Shown here: positions 36,544 through 46,151 of the stretch, in pieces | Position numbering within the stretch: the stretch's first letter is position 1 | Layout of the letters: each line of letters begins with the position of its first letter | IMG/VR virus record: IMGVR_UViG_3300035698_015309 | Strand: one strand, 5' to 3' | Origin: a virus | Taxonomy: Duplodnaviria; Heunggongvirae; Uroviricota; Caudoviricetes | DNA length: 64,000 nt | Program-made: the position numbers and the translations under genes | The notes under the pieces: model-generated | Databases searched by the model: none | What the model was told of the DNA's origin: nothing | The model's input: only the letters and a program-made list of their open reading frames with translations

Positions 36544-36897
36544 ATGTCCGTTTACATATACCAACCTGATGCCTTTGAAAAACTCATTGAGGTAGAAGGC
36601 GAGGATTACCGACGTCTTGGCACCCAGGAGCGGATGGGGCACTGTTCCTTTGACGCCTTCAAGGACGTTTGGGAGGCCGGATACACCTCTTTGAAGGGTA
36701 CTGACAAGCTCAGACCTTGCCTCCATGTAAAGGGTGGCAGTGCCATCTACGGCTGGTGGGGATGGAACCGTTATGCAGTGGCTGCAAAGGGTGAAATAAT
36801 TTTTCTGACGGGCCTGGCTCGTACAGGCGAGGACATTACGAAGGCTACCGCCGTTGGATTCAGACTGGACAAGGAAGCCTTCAAAAACCAAACGTAG
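36544..36897 (+). CDS. hypothetical protein
   Basis: GAGGAG RBS. Confidence 0.4.
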   Translation: MSVYIYQPDAFEKLIEVEGEDYRRLGTQERMGHCSFDAFKDVWEAGYTSLKGTDKLRPCLHVKGGSAIYGWWGWNRYAVAAKGEIIFLTGLARTGEDITKATAVGFRLDKEAFKNQT

Positions 36898-36998
36898 TCC
36901 TGAAGCGTAAATCCAGGGGCACCTCCCATCTGGAAAAGTTCGAAGCCTAGACAACCCCACCATCGCCGGTATCATACGAATAACAGAGGAGGCATTGA

Positions 36999-37091
36999 CA
37001 TGCCCCTGTTCCTTTATTTCGCTGGTTCCTTCCTTGTGGCCTTCGGGGCCGAAATGATCCACACGGCCCAGACCATTATTGACGAGGAGTA
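36999..37091 (+). CDS. 30-aa hydrophobic peptide (MPLFLYFAGSFLVAFGAEMIHTAQTIIDEE)
   Basis: GAGGAGG RBS. Not in the ORF track (<60 aa). Confidence 0.25.
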
Positions 37092-37099
37092 GGCCCTAA

Positions 37100-37297
37100 A
37101 TGCTAGAGAAGACGGGCTTCTGCACATGCTGCGGGGCCACTCAAAAAATGAGCGCTCTCCGGCAAACCCGTGTCCGGGGCGTCCCGGTGATAGAGTGCCT
37201 AGATCGAGATGCCTGTGAACGACGCTGCAAGGACGGGCGGTTAAAACGTCTCATCGGGTTGTCCGTAAGGTCTCACACGGGGTCGCTTTTCGGCTGA
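37100..37297 (+). CDS. zinc-ribbon small protein
   Basis: CTCCG...C..C. Confidence 0.35.
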   Translation: MLEKTGFCTCCGATQKMSALRQTRVRGVPVIECLDRDACERRCKDGRLKRLIGLSVRSHTGSLFG

Positions 37298-37326
37298 ATG
37301 GAGTAGACCAAGTCAGGAGGTGTTCC

Positions 37327-37932
37327 ATGTCCGTCAAATTCACCAAGAAAGGCATTGCCATCGAAAAGGGTACCACTCCCCCCTCGTGGGAGGACACCGA
37401 CCAGCAGTATCAGGAGTACGTGGGCCACCAGCTTCTCAAAGCTCGACTGGAGCACCTGAAAATCTTGGAGGAAATCGCAGGGGTGCTGCCCGTGTTCGAG
37501 GAACGGCACCTCCTCAATATGGAGGCGCATCAGGCAGCGATGATTTACCTGAACCTCCCGGATCCAGGCCCCCTTTTCCCGAGCTACCAACGAAACTTTA
37601 TCACCATGAACACCACGGTAATGGACCCTGCAATTTCCTGTGCCGGGGTGATGCCCCATGTCAGGGTACTTCTTGGGTGGCTCGCTTTTCCTGAGACAAT
37701 CCGAGAAGGCGTCTGCTACCACCTCTTGACGGCGGGACGTGCTCTTTACCCTTTTGGATACGACTCAGGCCGTTCGGGTTTCACCCTCCTCCAGGAGCGT
37801 GTGGGACACTGCGTCGCTGCCGGTCTCGCTGCCTGTGAAAAACTCGGTTTTGATGGTACAAGGACGCCCCGGAAATCGGTGGTTGAACAACTCGTCCAGA
37901 CTGCGGCCCTTCTCACGGAGGACACCGAATGA
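37327..37932 (+). CDS. hypothetical protein
   Basis: GAGTAGAC plus AGGAGG upstream. Confidence 0.4.
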   Translation: MSVKFTKKGIAIEKGTTPPSWEDTDQQYQEYVGHQLLKARLEHLKILEEIAGVLPVFEERHLLNMEAHQAAMIYLNLPDPGPLFPSYQRNFITMNTTVMDPAISCAGVMPHVRVLLGWLAFPETIREGVCYHLLTAGRALYPFGYDSGRSGFTLLQERVGHCVAAGLAACEKLGFDGTRTPRKSVVEQLVQTAALLTEDTE

Positions 37933-38696
37933 GCACCGCAATCATCGTACTCGGTCATGGTGGTGGGATCCCCGTCCCTGGGATGGGCAACACGAACTTC
38001 GCCATCGTCCCGAATGCCCCCAGAGGGATCCCCGGACCAGAGTTGCTCCAAAGCCATCCCTTCTGGTTGGTCGACTGCGGACCAGAGACCCTCGCCACCC
38101 TGGTCGGGTTGCGTGCCCTGAAGAACCTGAAGGGGATCTTCATCACGCACGTACACTACGATCACACTGGGGGCCTACTCGGGCTGGCCTACACCTTCAA
38201 ATACATGTTGAAGCGCAAGATCCCTCTCGTGATCCCCAGCAAGCTCCAAGTGCTGCTGGAACAAACGATGGTGGAGTTGACACGGACATCAGGTGGCCCA
38301 GCTAACGTGTGGTTGGACTACTGGCAGGGCTGCTTCCTGGGGAATGGTGCTGACCTGGAGGTGGAGGGTTTCACGGCGGAGTTCTTCCCCGAGGATCACA
38401 ACATCGAAGATTTCCCTGTCTATGGGGTCAAGATCCGGGTGCCCTCCTTGCGTAAGGTTTACTTCACAGGCGACACCGTTAACCCCTCGGACAAGGACGC
38501 AGACATCATCTTCCAGGACTGTCAGGTCTACGGGGACGATTCCAAGTACGACGTCCACTGTTCCTACCAAAAAATCCTCCAGGCGTTCCCCGAAGGATGC
38601 CGGGAACACGTCATCCTCTGTCACTGCCCCCCGCAACCGCAGTTCGAGGAGGACGGTTTCAAGCACGCCACGCAGTGGAGAGTGTTTTACGTCTGA
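37929..38696 (+). CDS. metallo-beta-lactamase-fold hydrolase (RNase Z-like)
   Basis: FITHVHYDHTGG (HxHxDH). Stop is 8 nt before the solitary CRISPR repeat. Confidence 0.6.
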   Translation: MSTAIIVLGHGGGIPVPGMGNTNFAIVPNAPRGIPGPELLQSHPFWLVDCGPETLATLVGLRALKNLKGIFITHVHYDHTGGLLGLAYTFKYMLKRKIPLVIPSKLQVLLEQTMVELTRTSGGPANVWLDYWQGCFLGNGADLEVEGFTAEFFPEDHNIEDFPVYGVKIRVPSLRKVYFTGDTVNPSDKDADIIFQDCQVYGDDSKYDVHCSYQKILQAFPEGCREHVILCHCPPQPQFEEDGFKHATQWRVFYV

Positions 38697-38704
38697 GTGC
38701 CTAA

Positions 38705-38740
38705 GTCGCATCTTTTGGCAAAAGGTGCGTGGATTGAAAC
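38705..38740 (+). repeat. Solitary CRISPR repeat GTCGCATCTTTTGGCAAAAGGTGCGTGGATTGAAAC
   Basis: Identical 5' GTCGCATC and 3' GCGTGGATTGAAAC. Stem-loop sequence differs from the array repeat but stays self-complementary. No second repeat within 200 nt. Confidence 0.8.
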
Positions 38741-38743
38741 GGC

Positions 38744-39336
38744 GTGACCCCTGACAGATAGATGATCGCCTGACCGCTCACGGGGTCATAGGAACCCTTA
38801 ACGGTCAGGGACGCCTCCGCCGGGCGGGACACCACGGGGATCTTGGGCCAGTCCCGGATGAGGATCCCAACCAGCCGCTCGGACTCCTGGACGATTCTGT
38901 GGGGCGGGATGAGCAGCGTGAGGGTGTCCCCATCGAAAGCAACGGGATGGAACCCCCGCTTCCACAACCACTCTAACAGGACGATCAACTCGGGGTGCTC
39001 CTCGGCCAGGATCTGGATGCCCTTCACCAAGGGGCGGAAGGCGTTGTCCGGTAAACCGAACGCCGAGTCAGGGATCGAGACCTCGGTGAGGCCCTCTGTC
39101 CAAGCACCCCACTGGGGATTCACGGGAACGGTACGGGGAGCGCCACGCTTGCCCCACAGCGCCCCCAGAGCCTCCTGTTCCTGTGCCTGCTCCTCTTCGG
39201 TCAACTGGACCCACAGGAGGCGCTCACGGGACACGAAGCCCTGGTCCTCATCCGGGGTCCAGGGCAGTCCTTCGGGAAGTGCCCTGCCTACGAGGATCAT
39301 GAGGGCCAGGTCACGGTGCTGTTCTAAAAGTGTCAT
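38744..39336 (-). CDS. hypothetical protein. The listed ORF runs on to 38701 because the CRISPR repeat is open in this frame.
   Basis: 198-aa ORF (211 aa as listed). The last ~12 aa (...PFQSTHLLPKDAT) are encoded by the repeat. Confidence 0.35.
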
Positions 39337-39485
39337 GCAGCTACTTTACCCGGATCATGTTGCTCGGAGGTAGAAGTTTGAACTGTTCCCGAAAAGCTAG
39401 GCAAACGTGCTCCATAAGCCGCCACTGAAAACCGCTTGACACACCATGGGTGTCTATGTACCATTAGGGAGAGCAAGGGAGAACT

Positions 39486-39671
39486 ATGGAGCCCATCCTT
39501 CTGACTATCAACGAGGTTGCCCGTTTGTTCGGGATGCACCCAAATTCGATCCGTAAACTCATGGGCGATGGCAGACTACCCTTTCTTAAGATCGATAAGT
39601 CGCTGCGGTTCGAAACTGATGCCGTGATGCTATTTATTGAGAAACTCAGGAAACAGAGAGCGAAGGATTGA
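39486..39671 (+). CDS. MerR/excisionase-type HTH protein (IS607 TnpA N-terminal-domain-like)
   Basis: INEVARLFGMHPNSIRKLMGDGRLPFLKIDKSLRF. GGGAGAA RBS. Confidence 0.55.
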   Translation: MEPILLTINEVARLFGMHPNSIRKLMGDGRLPFLKIDKSLRFETDAVMLFIEKLRKQRAKD

Positions 39672-41067
39672 CGTCTTGAAAGTCACTCGCATTCTTCAGG
39701 CAGATGTTCCGCCTGCTTTGTTGCAGGTGTGTCGAGCTACCAGATTTCTTCGTGCAGATGTCTGGCGTCGGTACGGTGCCCTGAAGAACGTGGGTAAAAG
39801 TGCCTTGGCTATCCGTAAAGAAATTGTAGCAGGTGGCATCTACGTCACTCTCGCCATAGACGGGACCATACGTAACGAAACAACCAAAGATGTCGTGAAC
39901 GACATCCTGTTCTACAAAGCAGCAGCGAAAGGAAAGGTTCGCAAAGCCATTTGGCAGCGCACCGACAATGAAATGGAACGCAAACGACTCTACACGCTTC
40001 TGCGATCAGACGCATGGATGGAGGATCCCTTCCTTCACCGCCAAATGCGTAAACACTTCAAGCACGGCGTCTCACACACGAAAAATCAGTTTATCGTGAG
40101 GTCCGACAAATTCAAAATAGAGCACGTTAATGGGTATCTGACGATCGTCATCCAAATTGCCCGTAAATACGGTGACGACATAGTTCTAACGACAACGTCA
40201 AACGGCACGAGTGTGGATCTGAGTAGCTGTAACCTACGCATCATTGTGAAGGGTGGTACAACTGAGATCCACTACAGCGTGGATAAAAGCAGTGGGCGTC
40301 CGCATGGTAGCCGGACGCTGGGCGTTGATAAAGGCTACACCGAAGCATTTGTTGATTCGGATGGTGAGCATCAGGGTGAGCAGTTCGGTGCTGTGATGAC
40401 TGAGTACAGCGACAAGGTCAGCAAGACGGGTTCCGCTAGAAACAAGTTGTACGCCCTAGAAAAAAAGCATCGTCAAAGCGGAAACTCCAGAAAAGCTGAC
40501 AACATCAGGGCACACAACCTTGGGTGTAAAAAGATTGATGCTCGTAAACGATTGGCTCAAACACGACTACGGGGTGTAGCCTTTAAGGCTGCTCATGCCA
40601 TCGTGGATAAGGCAGCGGTGGTCGTGTCAGAAGACTTAACCTCTCCGATCGCAAAAAAGCGACCTTGGAAAAGGTTTAATAGAAGAATGAGTGGCTGGGC
40701 AAAGGGAGCACTTGCTGAGGCCCTCGATTCAGTTTGTACGCAGCGTGAAGCCAGCCATGAGTTGGTAAACTGTGCTTACACATCGCAAATGGACTCTGTA
40801 ACGGGTTTGCTGCAAGGCAAGCGTGTTGGAGACAAATTTTACCGTATTAACGGGGATGTTATTCAGGCCGATCACAATGCTGCGCTGAACGTGTTAGCCC
40901 GGTTGTCTGACAAGGACATCGGGTGTTTCACCCCTTATCAAGAGGTAAAACGCATCTTGTTGGCACGTTCTCCGGCGGAACTGACCGTCAAAAGGCACGA
41001 GTTGCAGTCGAGAGGCTCTCAACCGTGTGCGGATAAACCCTCACGATCAGGAGTGATCAATGCTTGA
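39637..41067 (+). CDS. TnpB-like RuvC nuclease lacking the zinc finger (start uncertain)
   Basis: RuvC-I LGVDKGYTE, RuvC-II VVVSEDLTS, YTSQ then no CxxC, RuvC-III IQADHNAALNV. Confidence 0.6.
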   Translation: MRNSGNRERRIDVLKVTRILQADVPPALLQVCRATRFLRADVWRRYGALKNVGKSALAIRKEIVAGGIYVTLAIDGTIRNETTKDVVNDILFYKAAAKGKVRKAIWQRTDNEMERKRLYTLLRSDAWMEDPFLHRQMRKHFKHGVSHTKNQFIVRSDKFKIEHVNGYLTIVIQIARKYGDDIVLTTTSNGTSVDLSSCNLRIIVKGGTTEIHYSVDKSSGRPHGSRTLGVDKGYTEAFVDSDGEHQGEQFGAVMTEYSDKVSKTGSARNKLYALEKKHRQSGNSRKADNIRAHNLGCKKIDARKRLAQTRLRGVAFKAAHAIVDKAAVVVSEDLTSPIAKKRPWKRFNRRMSGWAKGALAEALDSVCTQREASHELVNCAYTSQMDSVTGLLQGKRVGDKFYRINGDVIQADHNAALNVLARLSDKDIGCFTPYQEVKRILLARSPAELTVKRHELQSRGSQPCADKPSRSGVINA

Positions 41068-41371
41068 GGAACAGCAGATGGTTGCCGTTCTCGTCGCTGC
41101 TGGTACGTCCGCCTACGGGGACGACAGCAAACTGACTGATACCGCTCGTGACTGGCTCTCCGCAAGGTTTTCCCCCGAGGACACACAGTTCTGGTTGGAA
41201 GCTGGCTGCTGGGATGTCAAGGTCGCCAGGGCCTTCAAGGACGCTGACCTGGACTCCGAGGACGTAGAGTTCGAAACTGCCAAGCCCACCAAGAGCACGA
41301 TTGCCCATAAGGTCTGCGCCGGGGAGATATCCCTGAACGCCGCCATCCGCATCGCCAAGAGCCGCCAGTAG
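41060..41371 (+). CDS. hypothetical protein
   Basis: ATGA-coupled to the tnpB-like gene. AGGAG RBS. Confidence 0.4.
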   Translation: MLEEQQMVAVLVAAGTSAYGDDSKLTDTARDWLSARFSPEDTQFWLEAGCWDVKVARAFKDADLDSEDVEFETAKPTKSTIAHKVCAGEISLNAAIRIAKSRQ

Positions 41372-41417
41372 ATCATCGACCTAGCTGTGCGAGTAGATCC
41401 CTGTAGGAGGTTCCGCT

Positions 41418-42026
41418 TTGTCTGTTATGCCCGCCACCATCGGGAAAGCCGTCCCTATTGGAGCGCATCCCTATGCAACTGTCGTAGCGGAATACATCCT
41501 CCAGGTGTTTCCTGTGGCCCTCCAAAACCATTGCTGGTGGTGGGGCCAGTCGGAGGGAAAGGAAACGATTCTTATTGTGACCCTGTGTCAAACACCACAT
41601 ATCAGCCTTGGGTTCCAGTTTCGCAAAGACAGTTTGCGTGTTCGATTGGTCCTACAACAAAAGCCCCTTCACACCTTTGAACTGCAGCACTATCTGGATG
41701 AGTCCCTCATTGGTTGGTTGTCCTTAGCGGCGGACACCCTGGACGAGCACCTCATGTTGATGCAGACCAAAAAAACGGCTCATCCTGTTTTTCAAAACAT
41801 GTCAAGAATTTCTTTGTGGTGTGTGGACCTAATGGAGACCGTGCGAGTCAATCCCGGTACCTACTTCACCTGGAACTCAGATTATCGGATCATTAATCCG
41901 ATCCTGGCGGAGGACCCAACGGCTCGCCTTGATGACATCGATGAGCAGTGTCTTAGCCTAACCACGTCTGAGGAGTTTTACGCACTGGTTCGCAAAGGGC
42001 AGTTCCGAGGACCTATGCTTTATTAA
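41418..42026 (+). CDS. hypothetical protein
   Basis: Motif plus AGGAGG upstream. Confidence 0.4.
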   Translation: MSVMPATIGKAVPIGAHPYATVVAEYILQVFPVALQNHCWWWGQSEGKETILIVTLCQTPHISLGFQFRKDSLRVRLVLQQKPLHTFELQHYLDESLIGWLSLAADTLDEHLMLMQTKKTAHPVFQNMSRISLWCVDLMETVRVNPGTYFTWNSDYRIINPILAEDPTARLDDIDEQCLSLTTSEEFYALVRKGQFRGPMLY

Positions 42027-42095
42027 TTCCTGGGCTGTTCCTTTCAGGAGCCCGTTGAGTAGAGCAGTTGTGGCCTTTTAGCAGGAGAAAAAGAG

Positions 42096-44366
42096 ATGAG
42101 CTATCCGACCCGTTCCGATGTGTCCCAGTGCTGTGCCGATTTTAAAGCGTGGCTTCGCAGGCAGGGGCTTGGGGGAAAACCCGCCAGGGACTACGCCCGA
42201 TGTGTCCGGGCAGTAGAGAAACACACCTCTGGTTATTATTTCACCGCCGAAAATGTCGAGAAAGTGCTCAAGGTCAACACCCGTGTCTATCGGACAGCGT
42301 GGGCGGGCAAAAACGGTTTCATGGCCTACTGGGCGCAGCGGGAGAAAGAGGTGACCCAGGCCTGTGGTGTCCTGGACGTTCTGGCAGCAATGTCGGGTGG
42401 TGGGGCACCAAAGCCGACCAAGGGGTCACCTATGAAGGTAGAACCCATCTCCCAGAAGGAGTTCGAGAAGATTTGTGGGGCACCGAAGCCGTCGCGTCAG
42501 CTTCCTGACTTCTCCCAGTTGGCAGAAGGCCACGTGGATGCCGTCAAAACGGATGACCAGGGTCACCTCCACGTCACTATGTGCATCGCTCGTAACAGTA
42601 ACCTCGCCAAAATGGTGCTGGAGGGCCTCCCCCTGAGGTTGGTCCCGGCGGACCCGACCAAGCAGCCCCGATACACGGATGAGGATCTCCAGCAGGCACT
42701 GGAAGAGGACCGGGGGAAGGAGGGTCGTGCGGGTCGTGACTCCGCCCGGAACATCCTGAAAGAGATCATCGGCAGGTTGTTGGGGAAGACCAAGACGGAA
42801 GTCAACGACATCGCTCGGTACTCCCACGCTAAGGACAACGAACTCAAGGACTTCATCCTGGAGTTGGTGCAGGCGCAGGCGTCCTACAGGAACGGACTGA
42901 ACCTCGTCTACGAGACCCTGCTCGGGGCTGTCCCGGAGGATCTGGGGGACGGGGCGGGACGGAAGGCCCAGGCGATCCTGAAAGCGCTCCCTCAGAAGGA
43001 TCTCATCGAGGAGATCCTCGGGGATAAGCCTTCGGACGAATCGGGTCTGCTCACCTTCACCAACAGCCTCCTCATGGGGCTGGCCAGGGTGTTCGACACG
43101 TCGGACGTGGACACGGGGATCGCTTGGAAGCCCGAGATGACGTCGGAACGGATCATCGAAAGCATCCACAGGATACGGACAAAACAGGAGAACGGCCTCG
43201 TTGTAGCGGCCCTGCGGCGGGTGGCCGAGAAGACCCTGGGCCTCAAACTCCCCCCCGGTTTGAGCCCTGAAATGTTGGAGCAGCACATCCAGCACAAGGT
43301 GTCTGACTTGCAGGGGCTGTCCACCGGGGGTCGCCGGTGGGAACAGACCCTCTGGACTGTGTACCGGATGGTGGTAGAGTCTGCCCCTCCCGGTACGGCT
43401 TCCCCCGAGGGGATCATTGGAGCAGTCCAGGACAAGGTCAAAGCCATCCAGTCCGAGGCAGTCCAGTGGCGGGCCGCTCTTCTGAACATCATCCCGATGT
43501 TGGGAGGGGAACCCAACGGGGATGCGACCCCGCAGAGGGCGTTGGAGATCATCGGTGCCCTGCTCAAGGAACGGGATCTCAAAACGTTGCAAGCCGGGAC
43601 GGGGACACCCACAGGAGCACCTGTCATGTGGGAACAGGCGCTTCGTTCCATTGCCGGTTTGATCGGGGGGGACGACTGGACTAACGCTGAAACCCCTGAG
43701 GAGATCCGGGACGAGACCGTAGCTCTGGTGCGATCCCTGGAGCAGCGGGAACGGTTGTGTGTCCTGTCCAAACTGGCAGGGATGATGGGCGACTCCTATA
43801 TGGAGGTCGTGGACGATGCCGTTGGACCTGAGGGTGTGGGAGGTTCCCACCAGGATGTGGAACATGATGTCCTGGTGGCCCTTGTGAAGGCTGTCTCGCA
43901 GGACCGCACGGCACCCGAGGAGAAACCCTCGGGCCTCCCCTACAACCTGTTCAAGCTGGTCACCCTGCTTGGCAGTCCGCTGGTGGGGGACATCGCTTCG
44001 GCACCCAAGGAGGCGGGAACCACCGACGAGGCCAAGACCGAGTACATCGTCAACCTCATCGTTGAGCAGTGGAAGGAGATGGCTGGATGGCGACAGGCCA
44101 TGCTCGACCTGCGCCTCACGGACCTCAAGTACTATTGCCCCACTTTGTCGGAACAGGAGGTGGCAGTTGTCAGCCTCGTTGATGCCAAGAGGACCTTGAG
44201 CGAGGGCATCCGTAAACTCTTCCTGAGGAAGACCGCATCGCCAGTTTCCGCCGATCATGTCATTCTCGCAATGGCTGCTCGGTATGGTGAGAGGACGCAC
44301 CTGGAGGTGCCCAAGTCTGCGGTGGACGATCTGTTGGGCACCCTCCAGGTACTGCTCAAAACTTGA
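42096..44366 (+). CDS. large hypothetical protein (756 aa) with an N-terminal ~90-aa ...GFMAYW domain shared with the gene at 61552
   Basis: GAGTAGA plus AGGAGAAAAAGAG upstream. Confidence 0.5.
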   Translation: MSYPTRSDVSQCCADFKAWLRRQGLGGKPARDYARCVRAVEKHTSGYYFTAENVEKVLKVNTRVYRTAWAGKNGFMAYWAQREKEVTQACGVLDVLAAMSGGGAPKPTKGSPMKVEPISQKEFEKICGAPKPSRQLPDFSQLAEGHVDAVKTDDQGHLHVTMCIARNSNLAKMVLEGLPLRLVPADPTKQPRYTDEDLQQALEEDRGKEGRAGRDSARNILKEIIGRLLGKTKTEVNDIARYSHAKDNELKDFILELVQAQASYRNGLNLVYETLLGAVPEDLGDGAGRKAQAILKALPQKDLIEEILGDKPSDESGLLTFTNSLLMGLARVFDTSDVDTGIAWKPEMTSERIIESIHRIRTKQENGLVVAALRRVAEKTLGLKLPPGLSPEMLEQHIQHKVSDLQGLSTGGRRWEQTLWTVYRMVVESAPPGTASPEGIIGAVQDKVKAIQSEAVQWRAALLNIIPMLGGEPNGDATPQRALEIIGALLKERDLKTLQAGTGTPTGAPVMWEQALRSIAGLIGGDDWTNAETPEEIRDETVALVRSLEQRERLCVLSKLAGMMGDSYMEVVDDAVGPEGVGGSHQDVEHDVLVALVKAVSQDRTAPEEKPSGLPYNLFKLVTLLGSPLVGDIASAPKEAGTTDEAKTEYIVNLIVEQWKEMAGWRQAMLDLRLTDLKYYCPTLSEQEVAVVSLVDAKRTLSEGIRKLFLRKTASPVSADHVILAMAARYGERTHLEVPKSAVDDLLGTLQVLLKT

Positions 44367-44384
44367 ACCAATGGGAGCAACACC

Positions 44385-44597
44385 ATGAGCGACAACAAGC
44401 CTTTCGAGAGTAAGTTCAACAACTGCATGGTCCTCTGCCGGAAGATCATCGACAACACCGGGGACGCCGTCGTGGTGTCCCTGGACGGCTACCTCCTCGC
44501 TCCCTTGGAGGACGTCCCCATGGAGGTTCTGCAGAGCCTCTTCCCCAACTGTAACACCCCCCGGATCCCCGGACAGAACAACAAGACGACGGTTTGA
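44385..44597 (+). CDS. hypothetical small protein
   Basis: RBS-like GGGAGCAA. Confidence 0.35.
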   Translation: MSDNKPFESKFNNCMVLCRKIIDNTGDAVVVSLDGYLLAPLEDVPMEVLQSLFPNCNTPRIPGQNNKTTV

Positions 44598-44968
44598 GCC
44601 TCCTCGAAACACTCCAGAACGTAGACTGCGCCACGCCGTGCCTGAAGTGTGGTCGCCACCTTGAATGGAACAGGCACGCCCACCATGTGGAGGGCAATGA
44701 CTTGGTCCTGGGTTGCCCCGACTGTAGTAAAGGGACGGAAGGCCTCCCCTGCCATCACCGTACTGTTCTGGGGGCAACTCCGCCGAGAGATCCTCGGAAG
44801 ATCATCCTCGGACATTCGGGAGTAGACCCTGTGAGGAGGAAGGATGGGCAGGTTGCTTCAGTTCGAAGATGGTGTACTCCGCAGGAAACTCCAAGAGTTG
44901 CTCATCAGCGTCGACCGGCTCGACTTCAAATTCCTCCGTTTCTTCACCATTTGTGTCGGGTGTGGTAA
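44594..44968 (+). CDS. zinc-ribbon protein (TTG start). 3' extent doubtful (overlaps the next gene and its motif).
   Basis: CLKCGRH...CPDCSKG. Confidence 0.3.
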   Translation: MSLLETLQNVDCATPCLKCGRHLEWNRHAHHVEGNDLVLGCPDCSKGTEGLPCHHRTVLGATPPRDPRKIILGHSGVDPVRRKDGQVASVRRWCTPQETPRVAHQRRPARLQIPPFLHHLCRVW

Positions 44969-45059
44969 ACCCATCAGACCTCGCAGGGGTCCACGGGGCA
45001 GCGAGTCGTTGCTGTGCCCGGACTGTGCCGAGAAGGAGCCACCCGATGCCCTTAAATGA
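44844..45059 (+). CDS. zinc-ribbon small protein
   Basis: Motif at 44801-44830 plus GAGGAGGAAGG. CVGCGK...CPDCAEK. Confidence 0.4.
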   Translation: MGRLLQFEDGVLRRKLQELLISVDRLDFKFLRFFTICVGCGKPIRPRRGPRGSESLLCPDCAEKEPPDALK

Positions 45060-45237
45060 AACCCGTCAGGTCATGGTGGCCACCTATTCTTGTGGTCATT
45101 CAGCACAGTTTACGGGGGCTTATCCGTTGGTGGGTGACCCCACCACCTGTATGCACTGCCTGAAAGAGGTCGTTGTGACTGAACTCCACAAGGAGTTCGT
45201 TCCTCGGCCACCCAAGGTGTTCTGGAGGAACACATGA
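45046..45237 (+). CDS. hypothetical small protein
   Basis: Overlapping start. CGH...CMHC. Confidence 0.35.
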   Translation: MPLNETRQVMVATYSCGHSAQFTGAYPLVGDPTTCMHCLKEVVVTELHKEFVPRPPKVFWRNT

Positions 45238-45545
45238 AAACCGCAGACGGCGTCGAGATCGTGTTGGGGGAAACCACAGGCTACATAATAAGCGAGGACG
45301 AGAAGACCCTCTTGTCGTTCGTTCTCCGGCCCTCCACAGGTGGGGAAAAGGTTGCCCGTGTTGCGACCCCCGATGGGAAGGGCAGCATCGGGACCATTTC
45401 AGTGTACTCTGACCCCAAGCCCCTGCTCCTGGCCCACATCGCCAAGATGGACGGGTGCATCACTGAAACGTCCACAAAGCTGACCGGCTTCCAAAAACGA
45501 AAGAGCGTCTTCGCCCGGCTGTTGGCGGAAACGACGCAGTCATGA
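45234..45545 (+). CDS. hypothetical protein
   Basis: ATGA coupling. Confidence 0.4.
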   Translation: MKTADGVEIVLGETTGYIISEDEKTLLSFVLRPSTGGEKVARVATPDGKGSIGTISVYSDPKPLLLAHIAKMDGCITETSTKLTGFQKRKSVFARLLAETTQS

Positions 45546-45790
45546 GCCTTTCGAACCCAATGAGCGTCATGCTCATCCTTACGGCCAATTACGGCGGCAA
45601 ATGGACGTACAATCGCAAGCAGACTCAATGGGACTGCGATGACGGACGATACGTCCAACAACGTCCGGGTGAGGACAATGATCACCCGGACGTGTGGCAC
45701 CTCCACAGGGACGGGGACGACCCAGTACTGCTAGTAGCACCTACGATAGAGGGGCTGAGACGGGCTGTTCATCGGCTTGACGGAGGTTGA
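45542..45790 (+). CDS. hypothetical small protein
   Basis: ATGA coupling. Confidence 0.35.
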   Translation: MSLSNPMSVMLILTANYGGKWTYNRKQTQWDCDDGRYVQQRPGEDNDHPDVWHLHRDGDDPVLLVAPTIEGLRRAVHRLDGG

Positions 45791-46151
45791 AATGGACGAG
45801 TTCCTGGCACTGTGTGTGGAGTACCTGGAGGAGAACAAGGCTGCTGGGATCAACCCCCAGAAGCCCGTGATGTTCGTGGACCGGGGTGATGCCGTTGGGA
45901 TGTACCATAAAGGCACCCTGAGGCAGATCCTGGAGCAGGCGCTGGCCAAGGAAATGCACACCGCAGTCAGGGCAGCGACCTTCACCAAGCGGGAGGACGA
46001 TGCCTGGGTGGTGGCGCTTCTCCCCCATTTCCCCCTTACGGGTTGGGAACACAGGATCTACCCCACGAACTCCAACGGAGTCCCTGATCTGAACGACGTC
46101 TTCATCCCCAATGACTTGATCCAGGAGGCCGTAGATGCGTTGGAAAAGTAA
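45777..46151 (+). CDS. hypothetical protein
   Basis: Coupled ORF. Confidence 0.4.
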   Translation: MTEVEMDEFLALCVEYLEENKAAGINPQKPVMFVDRGDAVGMYHKGTLRQILEQALAKEMHTAVRAATFTKREDDAWVVALLPHFPLTGWEHRIYPTNSNGVPDLNDVFIPNDLIQEAVDALEK

